64,000 bases of DNA from Myxococcaceae bacterium (GCA_016793095.1 JAEUJQ010000037.1:12244-76243); one strand, 5' to 3'. Shown: positions 18,672 through 28,690, numbered from the stretch's first letter. Notes: generated by a model from the sequence alone, not told the origin. Translations and numbers: made by a program.

Positions 18672-21272
18672 TCAGCGCACGAAGACGGGAGCGCTCGAGA
18701 ACAGCAGCGGAGGCACGCCGCGCTGCGCCTCGCGGTTGTCGCCCCAGCACCAGAGCGCCCCGTCGGCGAGGAGCGCGCAGGTCGTGCCCTCGCGCGCCAC
18801 CAGCTGCGCGACCCGGCCGGGCAACGCCACGGGCACAGGGAGCGCGCTGTGGCTGCCCTCCCGGCCCAGCTCGTTGAACAGGTTGCTGCCCCAGCAGCTC
18901 ACCCCGTTGGAGCCGACGAGCACGCAGCAGTGCGAGCTGCCGCAGGCGAGGTCACGGGCGAAGGGCAGCACACGCGCCAGCGGGCTCGGCGTCATCGGGC
19001 GGCCCGTCGAGACGTCGAGGCCCCAGCACCACGCCTGGCCGGCGACCAGCGCGCAGGCCTGCACCTGCGACATCGCCACCTTCATAGCGGGGCCCGGGAG
19101 CGGCACGGCGGTCTGGCGGAATCGCTCCGTCGTGTCACCGGTGCCGAGCTGGCCGTAGCGGTTGGTGCCGTCGCACACGACGCCGCCGTCACCCACGACC
19201 GAGCAGCGGGCATCGGCGAACCCGCACGCAGCGGGCGCCTCGGCGAGCGGGTTGCAGGTGACGTCGGCGCCGCTCGGCCGGAACGCACAGGGCACGCCCG
19301 TCCGCGAGAGGCCGGCGACGAAGCCCGACCCGCTCACACACGGCAGGAAGCCGACCAGCGGCGGCACCCCGGCGATGCGATGGAGCGCCCCGTCCCAGCA
19401 ATCGGCGCCGCCGTCGGCCTGCACCACGCAGGTGCCGTCGGGCACCGACGCGACTTCCTTCGCCCCGGCGGCGGGCAGCGGCAGAAAGGCGGGCCGCGCC
19501 ACGCCCGCGCCCCAGGTGACGACGCCCCCGTCGCGCAGGACCCCGACCACGGAGCGCACGCCCAGCCCGAAGGCGAGGCGCTCGAGCCTGAGCCCGGGCA
19601 CCTCGGACGGCGACGGCGGCGCGGGGCTCAGGTCGCCCAGCTCGGCGGACCGGTTCGAGCCGATGCACGCGACCTCGTCGGACGTCGTCAGGAAGCACAC
19701 ATGGTCGGTGCCGCCAGCGGCCTTGCGCACCGGAGGCAACCCCGCGTCGTGGGTGACGCAGCTGAGGCCGCCGTCGCTCTCGAAGGCGCAGCGCAGCACG
19801 CCGCCGTCGCGCAGCACCGGCGTCACGTCACCCCACCGGTACGACACCGCGACGTCGTGGACGGTCGCGGGGAGGCGGACGACCGATGCCGGCGGCGGCC
19901 CGGGTTGACCGGCGCCGTCGGTTCGCGTCATGGCGGCCCAGCAGTCGATGCCGTCATCGAGCAGGGCGCAGGTGCCCCGGTCTCCCCGCCTGAGCGCGCG
20001 CACTGGCGCCCGCAGCGCGAACTCCGCGACGCCGACGAAGCCCGCGTCGCCTGGCGGCAGCACGTCGTTCAGGTACCCCCAGCACGCCACACCGCCGTCG
20101 AGCGCGACGCCGCAGAACGAGTTGTCGTCGGCGGTGAGGGAGGTCAGCGCGAGCCCCGTGACAGAGGGCATCCAGGACTGCACCTGACAGCCGACACCCG
20201 CGTCCACGCCGACCCAACACGCACCCGAGCCGTTGTTGACGACGCTGACGACGGTGCCGGCGTCGCGCGGCGGAGCGCTGCCGTCGCCGCACTGAAACCC
20301 GCCCGCCTCGAGGGCGCTGCACGTCGCGACCCCCATCGAGAGGGTGGAGGCTCTTCCCGCGCGGCGCAGGGTGCCAGGTCGCGAGAAGATGTTCCCCGGC
20401 GTGGCGTGCCCCGAGCCCCAGCACCTCAGCGTGCCGGCCCGGGTCAACATGCAGGTCGAGCCGTAGGACGCCGCGAGATCGACGGGTGTACACTCCTCAA
20501 CGGCACCCGGTCGCTGCCGCACGACGCACTGGCCGTTGATGCACACGCGCGCGTCCCGGCACGTCTCCTCGCCACACGCCGTTCCGTCGTCCACCGGTCG
20601 CGTCTGACAACCCATGGCGGGGTCGCAGAAGGCCACCGTGCATGGGTCGGTCACCGCGCACTCGAGCGCGACGTGCACGCACGCCCCCTCGGCCCCGCAG
20701 GCGTCCACGGTGCACGCGTCGCGATCGTCGCAGGCCGCCGAGACCGCGCCGCGGCACTCACCGCTCACGCAGGTGCCGCTCACGAGGCAGGCGTTGCTGC
20801 AGGCGGTGCCGTCAGCCAGCACCGAGGACACGCACGCGCCGCGCTCGAAGTCGAAGCCGTTCGCCTGGCACGCAGTGGGTGAGGCACAGACGGGCACCTC
20901 GAGGCCGACTCCCGTGAGGGCCACCGTCTGCGACGCCGCGCCAGTCAGCGACACCGCGCCCTCGACTGGCCCCGGCGACGACGGTGCGAAGGCGACAAAG
21001 ACCTCGACCGACTCGCCTCCCCCGACGTCGAGCCCGGCCCCGACCTGGAACGGCGCGGCGGTCGCCAGCGTCACCCGCTTCGACGCGCGCCCGGCGTTGG
21101 TGAGCACGAGGGCCCTGGTCGCGGTCCGGCCGACGTACACCGGTCCGAAGTCCAGGCTCGCCGGCTCGACGCGCACCTCGTCAGAGACGTCCGTCACGTC
21201 GGGCCGCGGGCACCGGCAGCCGGCAACGAGCAGCAGAGCGAGCAGCCACCTCACGGCCGCATGACCCTCCAC
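18672..21272 (-). CDS. large Cys-rich lipoprotein with RCC1/BLIP-II-like repeats
   Basis: Lipobox LLLVAGC, a Cys-rich EGF-like region, then repeated C(W/D)GxNxxGQLG motifs (CDGTNRYGQLG, CWGSNLFNELG). Confidence 0.7.
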   Translation of the reverse strand: MEGHAAVRWLLALLLVAGCRCPRPDVTDVSDEVRVEPASLDFGPVYVGRTATRALVLTNAGRASKRVTLATAAPFQVGAGLDVGGGESVEVFVAFAPSSPGPVEGAVSLTGAASQTVALTGVGLEVPVCASPTACQANGFDFERGACVSSVLADGTACSNACLVSGTCVSGECRGAVSAACDDRDACTVDACGAEGACVHVALECAVTDPCTVAFCDPAMGCQTRPVDDGTACGEETCRDARVCINGQCVVRQRPGAVEECTPVDLAASYGSTCMLTRAGTLRCWGSGHATPGNIFSRPGTLRRAGRASTLSMGVATCSALEAGGFQCGDGSAPPRDAGTVVSVVNNGSGACWVGVDAGVGCQVQSWMPSVTGLALTSLTADDNSFCGVALDGGVACWGYLNDVLPPGDAGFVGVAEFALRAPVRALRRGDRGTCALLDDGIDCWAAMTRTDGAGQPGPPPASVVRLPATVHDVAVSYRWGDVTPVLRDGGVLRCAFESDGGLSCVTHDAGLPPVRKAAGGTDHVCFLTTSDEVACIGSNRSAELGDLSPAPPSPSEVPGLRLERLAFGLGVRSVVGVLRDGGVVTWGAGVARPAFLPLPAAGAKEVASVPDGTCVVQADGGADCWDGALHRIAGVPPLVGFLPCVSGSGFVAGLSRTGVPCAFRPSGADVTCNPLAEAPAACGFADARCSVVGDGGVVCDGTNRYGQLGTGDTTERFRQTAVPLPGPAMKVAMSQVQACALVAGQAWCWGLDVSTGRPMTPSPLARVLPFARDLACGSSHCCVLVGSNGVSCWGSNLFNELGREGSHSALPVPVALPGRVAQLVAREGTTCALLADGALWCWGDNREAQRGVPPLLFSSAPVFVR

Positions 21273-21292
21273 GCGCGCTCGACGTGCAACCT

Positions 21293-22018
21293 TCAGGGCG
21301 TGGGCGCCGCGTCGGCGAACGACCAGCCCGCCTGCACGTAGGCGATGATGGCGGCCGAGATCTCATCGACGCCGTGGCGCGCGTTGTTGAAGACGGCGTC
21401 GTACAGCATCGGCGCGGTCGGGTCGGCCTTCAGCATCGACTTGACGAACTCGTCGCGGCGCTGGCTGTTCGCGCGCACGAACTCCTCGGCGTCAGCGCGA
21501 ACGGGCATCTGCAGGCGCTTCGCGATGCTGTCCACCCGCCAGTCGAAGGGCGCGTCCACCCGGAAGTGGAAGCAGTTCTTCATCGCCTGGCACAGCACGG
21601 CGCCACCGCGGCCGACGATGATGGCGTTGCCGCCGCCGGCGATGGACACGATGTGTCGAGCCATGGCGTCGAAGCCGCGCACCTGCTCGTAGTACTCCTT
21701 CGGCGCGAGGCCGAGGCGCTCGAAGCGGCTCGCGGTGAGCCCGAGGTTCTGCATCACCCGCGCCGAGACGCCCTCTTCCTTCTCGACCGCCTCGAGCAGC
21801 GTCTTGTCGTAGATGTTCCAGGGCTCGCCGCTCGCCTGCTCGAGGGCCAGCTTCACCCGCTCGGCGATGGGGAAGCCCTCGCAGCCGAAGGAGCGCGACA
21901 GCGTGACGGTCGCGCGTGGCTTGACGGTGGTCTCCTGGTGCAGGCGCGACTGAATGTCCTCCCAGGCCTGGAGACGAGGCGCGACGCCGGGGACGAGCAC
22001 GTGGAACGGGCGTGACAT
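21293..22018 (-). CDS. cytidylate-kinase-like family protein
   Basis: RATVTLSRSFGCEGFPIAERV... resembles the P-loop-like cytidylate-kinase-like family. Start taken at the internal Met MSRPFHVL. Confidence 0.55.
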   Translation of the reverse strand: MSRPFHVLVPGVAPRLQAWEDIQSRLHQETTVKPRATVTLSRSFGCEGFPIAERVKLALEQASGEPWNIYDKTLLEAVEKEEGVSARVMQNLGLTASRFERLGLAPKEYYEQVRGFDAMARHIVSIAGGGNAIIVGRGGAVLCQAMKNCFHFRVDAPFDWRVDSIAKRLQMPVRADAEEFVRANSQRRDEFVKSMLKADPTAPMLYDAVFNNARHGVDEISAAIIAYVQAGWSFADAAPTP

Positions 22019-22245
22019 GGCGTTCTCTTCGCCCAACTCGCAGCCGTTCGCCAGCGGGTTTGTGCGCGTTCGGGGCCACGAAGACCTGCGCCCGGGCACC
22101 GAGCCCTCTTGATGCCGTCGGGCCCGGCGGGCGACGGAGATCGAATGAAATGGGCGGTCACGGGTGATCAGCCGCCGGGCGGTTGCGCCGCGAGCCGAAG
22201 GAGTGCTCCGATTCGATGTCAGCCCCACCTGTTAGACGCCTGCGC

Positions 22246-22548
22246 ATGGAACCAACCGACCTCAGCATCGAAATCTTGAAGGGCATCCGCGAGGAGGGCC
22301 GCCGCACGAACGAGCGGCTCGACGAGACGAACTCGCGCCTCGACGAGACGAACTCGCGCCTCGATGCGCTCCGTGACGAGCTCTCGCGGCGCATCGTCGA
22401 GTCCGAGATTCGGACCGCGACGGCCATCACCGAGCTCGCCGGCACCGTTCGCGAGATGACGAGCTTCCTCAAGCAGACGAACGACCTGCGGCCCCGCGTC
22501 GAGCAGTGCGAGGACGACATCAAAACCATCAAGCGGCAGCTGGGCTGA
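22246..22548 (+). CDS. small coiled-coil protein
   Basis: About 100-aa heptad-rich sequence containing a direct DNA repeat (cgacgagacgaactcgcgcctcga x2) that encodes RLDETNSRLDETNSRLD. Confidence 0.35.
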   Translation: MEPTDLSIEILKGIREEGRRTNERLDETNSRLDETNSRLDALRDELSRRIVESEIRTATAITELAGTVREMTSFLKQTNDLRPRVEQCEDDIKTIKRQLG

Positions 22549-22581
22549 CTCGCCACGGCCGGTGGGTGTGCGACGGGAGTC

Positions 22582-24144
22582 TCAGGCCGCCCGCGACTGC
22601 ATCCCCTCACTCGTGGGCAGGCTCTCGAGCGCCGGCACGTGCGGCCACCGGGTGAAGGTCCTCCCGACGAGCGGCGCGACGTGGTGCCCGACGATGTTGG
22701 CGCTCTCGATGATGGTGAGCAGCCCCGAGCCCGGGTGCGTGCCGCCGCCCACCCAGTACAGGCCCTTCACGTGCGGTGACTTCACCTTCGGGCGCAGCGG
22801 TCCCAGCTGCAGCCAGGTGTGCGAGAGGTTGAAGACCGCGCCGCGGAAGACGTTGAACTCGTCGCGCCAGGTCTCGGCGGTGAACGCGCGCTGCTCGACG
22901 ATGTGCTTCGCGACGTCCTTCATGCCCACCTTCTCGAGCCAGCCCGGCACCTTGTTCGTCAGCTCGGCCTCGACACGCTTCCAGTCGTGCGGGCCGCCGG
23001 TGTTCGGCGTGGGCACCAGCACGTACGCGACCGAGTGGCCCTTCGGCGCGCCGGCCGGGTCCGTCACCGTCGGGTTCACCACGTAGAACGGCGGGTCGTC
23101 GAGGTCGGGCTCGCGGTCCTCCAGCGCGGCGCGGTCGGTGCGGCGCGCCGCGTTCGACAGGTAAATGAGGTGGTGCGGCAGCTCGCGGTAGACGGTGTCG
23201 AGCCCCAGGTAGAGCATGAAGGTGCTGCACGAGTACTTCGCCTTGCCGAGGCTCGCGTTCGACAGTCGCGTGCCCTCGCGCCACCGCTCGGGGATGAGGC
23301 GCTGCGCCGCGTACGGCAGGTCGGCGTTCACGACGACGAGGTCGGCCTTCAGCACCTCACCGGACGCGAGCCGCACGCCCTTTGCCTCGCCCTGCTCCAC
23401 CAGCACCTCGTCCACCGGCGACGACATGCGGAAGGTGGCGCCGAGGTCCTCCGCGCAGCGCTTCATCCCCGTCGCGAGCGCGCGGAAACCGCCCATCACG
23501 TGCCACACGCCGAAGGCCAGCTCGAGGAATGGAATGACGCCGAACACGCTCGAGCACGTCGTCGGGTGCAGGCCGAGGTACTTCGACGGGTAGCTGAACG
23601 CGTACGACACGCGGTCGTCGTGGAAGTGCTCGTCGAGGTGCGAATAGAGCGTCTGCCACGGCTTGAACCTGAGCGTCGGCAGCAGGCGCAGCGGGTTGTA
23701 GTAGCCGACGTCGTCGGCCGGGTGCGCCATGAACTTCTCGTAGGCGATGGCGTACTTGTCCTTCGAGAGCTCGAACCACTTCTCGTACGCCGGCACGAGC
23801 GCGGGGTTGAGGCGCGCGAGCTCGGCCTTCATCTTCGCCTGGTCCCAGTGGGTGTCGAGGCGCGAGCCGTCCCAGAAGTGCAGGCGCGTGTTCTCGGGCA
23901 GCCGGACGAGCGTGACGTAGTCTTCGATGCGCTTGCCGGCGCGGCGGAAGACCCCCTCGAGCACCTGCGGGAGCTGCATGATGCTGGGCCCGGTGTCGAC
24001 GGAGTACGCCCCCATCGTGAGGCCCCGCATACGGCCGCCGGGGATGGCCTCCTTCTCCACCACCGTGACGTCGAGCCCCAGGCCCGCGAGGTTGATGGCC
24101 GCCGAGAGTCCTCCCGGGCCGGCTCCGACGATGAGCGCCTTCAT
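22582..24144 (-). CDS. phytoene-desaturase-family FAD-dependent oxidoreductase (CrtI/CrtD-like)
   Basis: N-terminal Rossmann KALIVGAGPGGLSAA..VVEKEAIPGGR. A 520-aa CrtI-family length with a conserved C-terminal GGGTHPGSG. Confidence 0.8.
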   Translation of the reverse strand: MKALIVGAGPGGLSAAINLAGLGLDVTVVEKEAIPGGRMRGLTMGAYSVDTGPSIMQLPQVLEGVFRRAGKRIEDYVTLVRLPENTRLHFWDGSRLDTHWDQAKMKAELARLNPALVPAYEKWFELSKDKYAIAYEKFMAHPADDVGYYNPLRLLPTLRFKPWQTLYSHLDEHFHDDRVSYAFSYPSKYLGLHPTTCSSVFGVIPFLELAFGVWHVMGGFRALATGMKRCAEDLGATFRMSSPVDEVLVEQGEAKGVRLASGEVLKADLVVVNADLPYAAQRLIPERWREGTRLSNASLGKAKYSCSTFMLYLGLDTVYRELPHHLIYLSNAARRTDRAALEDREPDLDDPPFYVVNPTVTDPAGAPKGHSVAYVLVPTPNTGGPHDWKRVEAELTNKVPGWLEKVGMKDVAKHIVEQRAFTAETWRDEFNVFRGAVFNLSHTWLQLGPLRPKVKSPHVKGLYWVGGGTHPGSGLLTIIESANIVGHHVAPLVGRTFTRWPHVPALESLPTSEGMQSRAA

Positions 24145-24196
24145 GACGGGGAGCTAACCGGCGGGAGCGCCCGAATGCACGCCAATGTGTGGCGGC

Positions 24197-24763
24197 TCAG
24201 GCGTCTGCGAGCCGGCGCCGTGACGAGACCGAGCGCCCCAGCGTCGACGCGGTCTGCACCAGGTCGGCTGGCGTGAAGAACGTCGACCGCATCGCCAGCA
24301 GCACCTGCACGACGCGCTGCTCGAGCCCTCGACGATGAATCCGCCGCACCTCGATGGGGATCAGCTCGCTCGTCACCGCTGCCTCGGCAAGCACTGCGTT
24401 CACCAGGTGCGAATGCACGACGTCGTCTTCGAGCGCGGTCGCGAAGTCGGCCATGCGGGCGCTCGTCCACTGCGCCCAGGGCTCGGACACCTTGCCGAAG
24501 TCGAGGGACGCGCGGTGAAGCTGGTCGCTCAGGCTGCGCAGCAGGTCGACACAGACGAGCGCGACGGGACCGTCCTCGGCCTCGAGGCTGGTCTTCACTG
24601 CGTCCTCACCGAGACGGGGCATCGCCTGCTCGAGCGCCTGCTTGAGGGAGTCTCCTGCACGGAGCCGCGCCTCGAGCACCTCACCGAACTCGGGCGGAGG
24701 ACGAACCGCCCGCGGAAGGTCTCGAATCCATTGGGTTACTCTGGCGGCGAGGCCGGGCAGCAT
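24197..24763 (-). CDS. hypothetical protein
   Basis: Clean 188-aa frame between the STAND gene and the crtI-like gene. No domain. Confidence 0.35.
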   Translation of the reverse strand: MLPGLAARVTQWIRDLPRAVRPPPEFGEVLEARLRAGDSLKQALEQAMPRLGEDAVKTSLEAEDGPVALVCVDLLRSLSDQLHRASLDFGKVSEPWAQWTSARMADFATALEDDVVHSHLVNAVLAEAAVTSELIPIEVRRIHRRGLEQRVVQVLLAMRSTFFTPADLVQTASTLGRSVSSRRRLADA

Positions 24764-24824
24764 GCCCTATTCTCCGACGGTGGGAGGTGCGGTGCTGTGG
24801 GTGTTCTGTCAGCCGTCTTGACGA

Positions 24825-27800
24825 TCAGCCGAGCGCTCGCAGCGCGGCCGCCCCGTCGTCCCAGCCGAGGGCTTCGGCGAGCCCGAGGGCAACGGCGGCC
24901 ACCTCGCGGGCCTTCGGATCATTCTGGCGGGCGAGCACCTTCGCGAGCGACGCGAGCTGCCGGGCCTGGAAGAGGAAGTCTCCGCCCGTCTCGGCGGTGA
25001 CGGCGGCCTGGTTGAACCACTGCGCGGCGTCCTGAAAGTTCGACAACTGCATCGACAGGGCGCCGAGGTTGGCCATCACGCGCGCGGCGTACAGGGGGGC
25101 GTGGGCGGCCTTGAAGCGCTCGGCCGCCGAGACGAGCCACGTGCGCGCGCGGGACGGCTGCTGCTGAACGATGAAGAGCGCGCCGATGCGGGCCTCGACA
25201 CGACCGCGGAAGTCCACCTCGCCGAACCAGGGCGCGATGGGCAGGAACGGGTCGGCGGCGGCGAGCGCCTGGTGCCACGCGTCTTGAGCCTTCGCGGCGT
25301 CGTTCCTCGCCTCGAGCGTCTGGGCGAGCGACGCGAGCACCGCGGCGCGAACGGGCGCCGTCTTCGACGACGACAGCGCCTCGGCCAGCGCCTCGGCCAG
25401 CTCGTCGGCCTTCCCTTCCGCCTCGCTCACGCGCACGTGCGCCCACGCGAGCTCGGGCTCGGGCGGAGCCAGGCGCGGCTTCGCGTCGAGGCCCTCGTTC
25501 AGCGCGTGGCGGGCGCCGGCGACGTCACCGAGGGCGAGCCGCGCACAGGCTCCGCGCGCCCACAGCTGCAGCCGTGTCGTCAGCACGGGGCCGGTGTCCC
25601 GCTGAGGGTGACGCCGCAGGACGCGCGCCATCCCTTCCTGCCCGAGCGCGAGCAGCTCGAAGGCGCGGGCCCGCACACCCGCCTCCGCCACCTTCTGGAA
25701 CTGCTGACCGGCGGGCTGGGCGTCACCGGCGCGCTCGAGCGCCTGGGCGAGCCGGAGCGTGAGCGCCGTGGACGCCTGTGGGAGCCCTTGCACGAGCGCC
25801 GCGACCCGGGCCGCGAGCCCTGGCCCCGACAGGCCCAGCGACGCGACGTGCCCCTCGAAGGCCGGCGCCACCACCGCCTTGCCACCGCTGCCGACGAGCA
25901 GCCGCGCGGTGGTCGCGCGCGGCCACAGCTCCTGCGCGATGCCGGGCAGCACCTGCGCCACCGACGAGGGTTCGGCGGCATCACCCAGCATCCACACGGC
26001 CTGCAGCAACCGCCCGCACCGCGCGCCCTCCGCAGCGAGGCGCTCGCTGAGCAGCTCGGCGGGACTGAAGGCCGGTACGGAGCCCTCCAGCGTGAGGGAC
26101 TCGCCCCTGGGACGAACCGCGCCCCGCGCCACCGTCAGCAGCAGCAGGTCGACGACGAGGCCGGGCAGCCCACCGGACCGCTGGAGCAGGAGCTCTCTCA
26201 GCTCCGGCACCGCGACGCCCATGGCCGCCACCAGCAGCGCGTCGACCTCGGTCGCGCCGAACGTGGGGAGCGCGGGGCCGGCCTCGACGCCGAGGTGCGC
26301 GACCTGCTCGGGTGCGGTGAGGCAGACGACGAGCTCCCCGGGCGCCGGCGCGGTGAGCAGCACCTTCACCACCTCCACCGTCTCGGCGTCGGCCTGGTCG
26401 AGGCCGTCGAAGATGAGGACGCGGGGGCGCCGCTGGGTGAGGTCGGCGAGCACCAGGCGCAGCGCGTCCACCACCTGACGGGTGGTGAAGGGCGTGGGCG
26501 CCGGGACGAGCTGCAAGGCAGCCAGCATCGCCTCGCGACGAATGGGCGCGACGCCGGCCGACGTGAGCGCTGGTCCCAGCGCGGCGTGGCGCTCCTCCCA
26601 GCTCACCCGGCAGAGAGAGCACACCAGCTCGGCCAGCGATGAGAGCGGAGCCCGGCTCTTCAGCGACGTGGAGAAGCCGACGAAGGCCTTGCCGTGCGCG
26701 CGGCGGGCGATCTCCTGCGCGAGGTGCGTCCGCCCGGAGCGGCGCGCGCCGGCGAGCACGAGGGGGGCGACCGGCCCGCGTTCGAGCGCCGTGACGCGCA
26801 GCTCGAGGAGCCGCGCGAGCGCGTCGAGCCCGAGCGTGGGCCAGGGCGCGAGGGGCGAGGGGCGGCGCGAGGTGAGCTGCACCTCGTCGCCCACGGGCGC
26901 AGTGGCCAGGAGGTCGCTGATGCCGTGAGCGAGGCTGCGCGTCAGCAGGCACTGGCCCGGCTGCGCCTTGCGGAGCAGCGGCCCGAGCGCGTTCACGCCA
27001 TCGCCTTCGACGGGGGAGTCGGGCTCGGCGCGCAGGCGGCTGCCGACGAACGCGAGCTTGAGCGAGGGCGCGTCGGGGCGGCCGTCGGCGAGCGCTTCGA
27101 CGCGTTCGCGGAGCTCCTGCGCAGCAAGCACGCACGCGCCCTGCGAGCCGAGGCCGAAGAAGACGAAGCGCGCTCCGGTGGGGCTGATGTCGTCGATGAC
27201 GCCGCCGAAGTGAGCGCACACATCGGTGGTGAGCGTGACGATGGTGGACAGGCTCGGCACGTCGGAGGCGCGCACCCACTCGACCCCGAGGAGCCAGGCG
27301 ATGGGCATCGTCGCGGGCAACGCGGCGCGCGTGCGCTCGGCTCTGCCGATGCGCTCCACGGTCAACGGGAAGCCGAGCTTGCTGAGCTGCTCGCCGATGC
27401 GTCCGACGTGTCCGTCCGGGGAAGCGGACGGCGCGAGCCCGGGCGTGAGAGCCGGGGTGGAGCCGGTGCTCCCGGGCGGACGAAGCGTGCTGAGTGACGG
27501 CAGCGCCATCGGCGTTGGTGGAGGCGGAGCCGAGGCGACGGGCGCGGGCGGCGGCGCGGTCACGAGCGGACCGACGGGGTTGCGCGCAGGCCACTCTCGC
27601 GTCGCGATGGACGGCGGTGGTAACGACGGTTGCGCGGCGTCGATGCGCACGCGGTTGGGCGTCACCGTCGAGGGCTGTTGTGGTGTGAGGGACTGCGGCC
27701 TCGCCTCGTCGAGGCGCACCGGCGGGGCGACCGGCGCGGCGTCGATGCGCACGCGGTTGGGCGTCACCGTCGAGGGCTGCTGTGGTGTGAGGGACTGCGG

Positions 27801-28415
27801 CCTCGCCTCGTCGAGGCGCACCGGTGGCGCGACGCCGACGGACTGCGCGGTAGTCGGCGCGACCGGCGCGGCGTCGATGCGCACGCGGTTGGGCGTCACC
27901 GTCGAGGGCTGCTGTGGTGTGAGGGACCGCGGCCTCGCCTCGTCGATGCGCACTCCGCCGGACTGTGCAGGTGACTCCGTCAGGTCCTGCCGCGCGCGTG
28001 TCGGGTCGATGACCGTCTTCATCGGAATGCCGGCGGGCGCGGCGGCCGGATCGGTGCGGGGCTCCTCCTCGAGCGTCGAGGCTGGCGCGCTCGCAGGCGT
28101 GTTCACTGACAGGCGCATCGCGACGAGGACACTCGCCCCCGCCTCGCCGTAGCCGACGCGGATGCCGGCCGTCCCGCTCGCGTCGAGTTCCACGCTCTCC
28201 ACCTCGCAGGGCAGCAGGCGCCGCACCGCGCCGACGATGAGCTCGACCTCGACCGGTTCCCCGATGTCGGGCGTGGTGGGCGTCGCGACGAAGAAGCTGC
28301 GCGTCGCCTGCACCTCGCCCCAGAAGCGGAAGAAGTCGCTCGCCGAGGCGAATCTGAAGGGGAGGGACGCCACCGCGCGGCACCTTGCCACAGCGGGCGG
28401 GACCGGGCGCGCCAC
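24825..28415 (-). CDS. PilZ-domain / cyclase-like / AAA(STAND) NTPase / TPR multidomain signalling protein
   Basis: N-terminal PilZ-like segment (FRFASASDFFRFWGEV). A repeat linker (VRIDEARPQSLTPQQPSTVTPNR x3). A degenerate cyclase-like block. P-loop GARRSGRTHLA with Walker B VLIFDGLD. A long TPR-like C-terminus. Confidence 0.7.
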   Translation of the reverse strand: MARPVPPAVARCRAVASLPFRFASASDFFRFWGEVQATRSFFVATPTTPDIGEPVEVELIVGAVRRLLPCEVESVELDASGTAGIRVGYGEAGASVLVAMRLSVNTPASAPASTLEEEPRTDPAAAPAGIPMKTVIDPTRARQDLTESPAQSGGVRIDEARPRSLTPQQPSTVTPNRVRIDAAPVAPTTAQSVGVAPPVRLDEARPQSLTPQQPSTVTPNRVRIDAAPVAPPVRLDEARPQSLTPQQPSTVTPNRVRIDAAQPSLPPPSIATREWPARNPVGPLVTAPPPAPVASAPPPPTPMALPSLSTLRPPGSTGSTPALTPGLAPSASPDGHVGRIGEQLSKLGFPLTVERIGRAERTRAALPATMPIAWLLGVEWVRASDVPSLSTIVTLTTDVCAHFGGVIDDISPTGARFVFFGLGSQGACVLAAQELRERVEALADGRPDAPSLKLAFVGSRLRAEPDSPVEGDGVNALGPLLRKAQPGQCLLTRSLAHGISDLLATAPVGDEVQLTSRRPSPLAPWPTLGLDALARLLELRVTALERGPVAPLVLAGARRSGRTHLAQEIARRAHGKAFVGFSTSLKSRAPLSSLAELVCSLCRVSWEERHAALGPALTSAGVAPIRREAMLAALQLVPAPTPFTTRQVVDALRLVLADLTQRRPRVLIFDGLDQADAETVEVVKVLLTAPAPGELVVCLTAPEQVAHLGVEAGPALPTFGATEVDALLVAAMGVAVPELRELLLQRSGGLPGLVVDLLLLTVARGAVRPRGESLTLEGSVPAFSPAELLSERLAAEGARCGRLLQAVWMLGDAAEPSSVAQVLPGIAQELWPRATTARLLVGSGGKAVVAPAFEGHVASLGLSGPGLAARVAALVQGLPQASTALTLRLAQALERAGDAQPAGQQFQKVAEAGVRARAFELLALGQEGMARVLRRHPQRDTGPVLTTRLQLWARGACARLALGDVAGARHALNEGLDAKPRLAPPEPELAWAHVRVSEAEGKADELAEALAEALSSSKTAPVRAAVLASLAQTLEARNDAAKAQDAWHQALAAADPFLPIAPWFGEVDFRGRVEARIGALFIVQQQPSRARTWLVSAAERFKAAHAPLYAARVMANLGALSMQLSNFQDAAQWFNQAAVTAETGGDFLFQARQLASLAKVLARQNDPKAREVAAVALGLAEALGWDDGAAALRALG
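27634..27960 (-). repeat. in-frame tandem repeat (102/132 bp x3) encoding the Pro/Gln-rich linker
   Basis: Three near-identical DNA copies begin at 27634, 27736 and 27868. Confidence 0.75.
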
Positions 28416-28465
28416 GTGCGCGATGCTCGATGCTCCCCTCGTGCGGTGGCCCCGAACCCCGTGGA

Positions 28466-28690
28466 GGACTCCGCGCTGGCGAAGCGGCTCGCGGGCGGCC
28501 TCATGCCCGTCGGGCCAGGGCGAGCGCGCCAGGACTCCGCGCTGGCGAAGCGGCTCGCGGGCGGCCTCATGCCCGTAGGGCCAGGGCGAGCGCGCCAGGA
28601 CTCCGCGCTGGCGAAGCGGCTCGCGGGCGGCCTCATGCCCGTCGGCCAGGGCGAGCGCGCCAGGACTCCGCGCTGGCGAAGCGCCGTTCG
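28466..28690. repeat. 66-bp tandem direct repeat x3.3 in a divergent intergenic region
   Basis: The unit ggactccgcgctggcgaagcggctcgcgggcggcctcatgcccgtcgggccagggcgagcgcgcca starts at 28466, 28532 and 28598, with a partial copy at 28664. Confidence 0.8.

Noticed and set aside
18189-20882. 897-aa plus-strand ORF
   Set aside because: Antisense to the RCC1-repeat lipoprotein gene. Composition is dominated by R/A/G/E/H with no motifs.
25981-28383. 800-aa minus-strand ORF in another frame of the STAND gene
   Set aside because: Out-of-frame shadow of 24825-28415, extremely Arg/Ala-rich.
28466-28690. 66-bp repeats as a CRISPR-like array or as an IS terminal repeat
   Set aside because: Units are directly abutting with no spacers. 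No transposase or integrase is nearby. Retained as a regulatory or mini-ORF finding instead.
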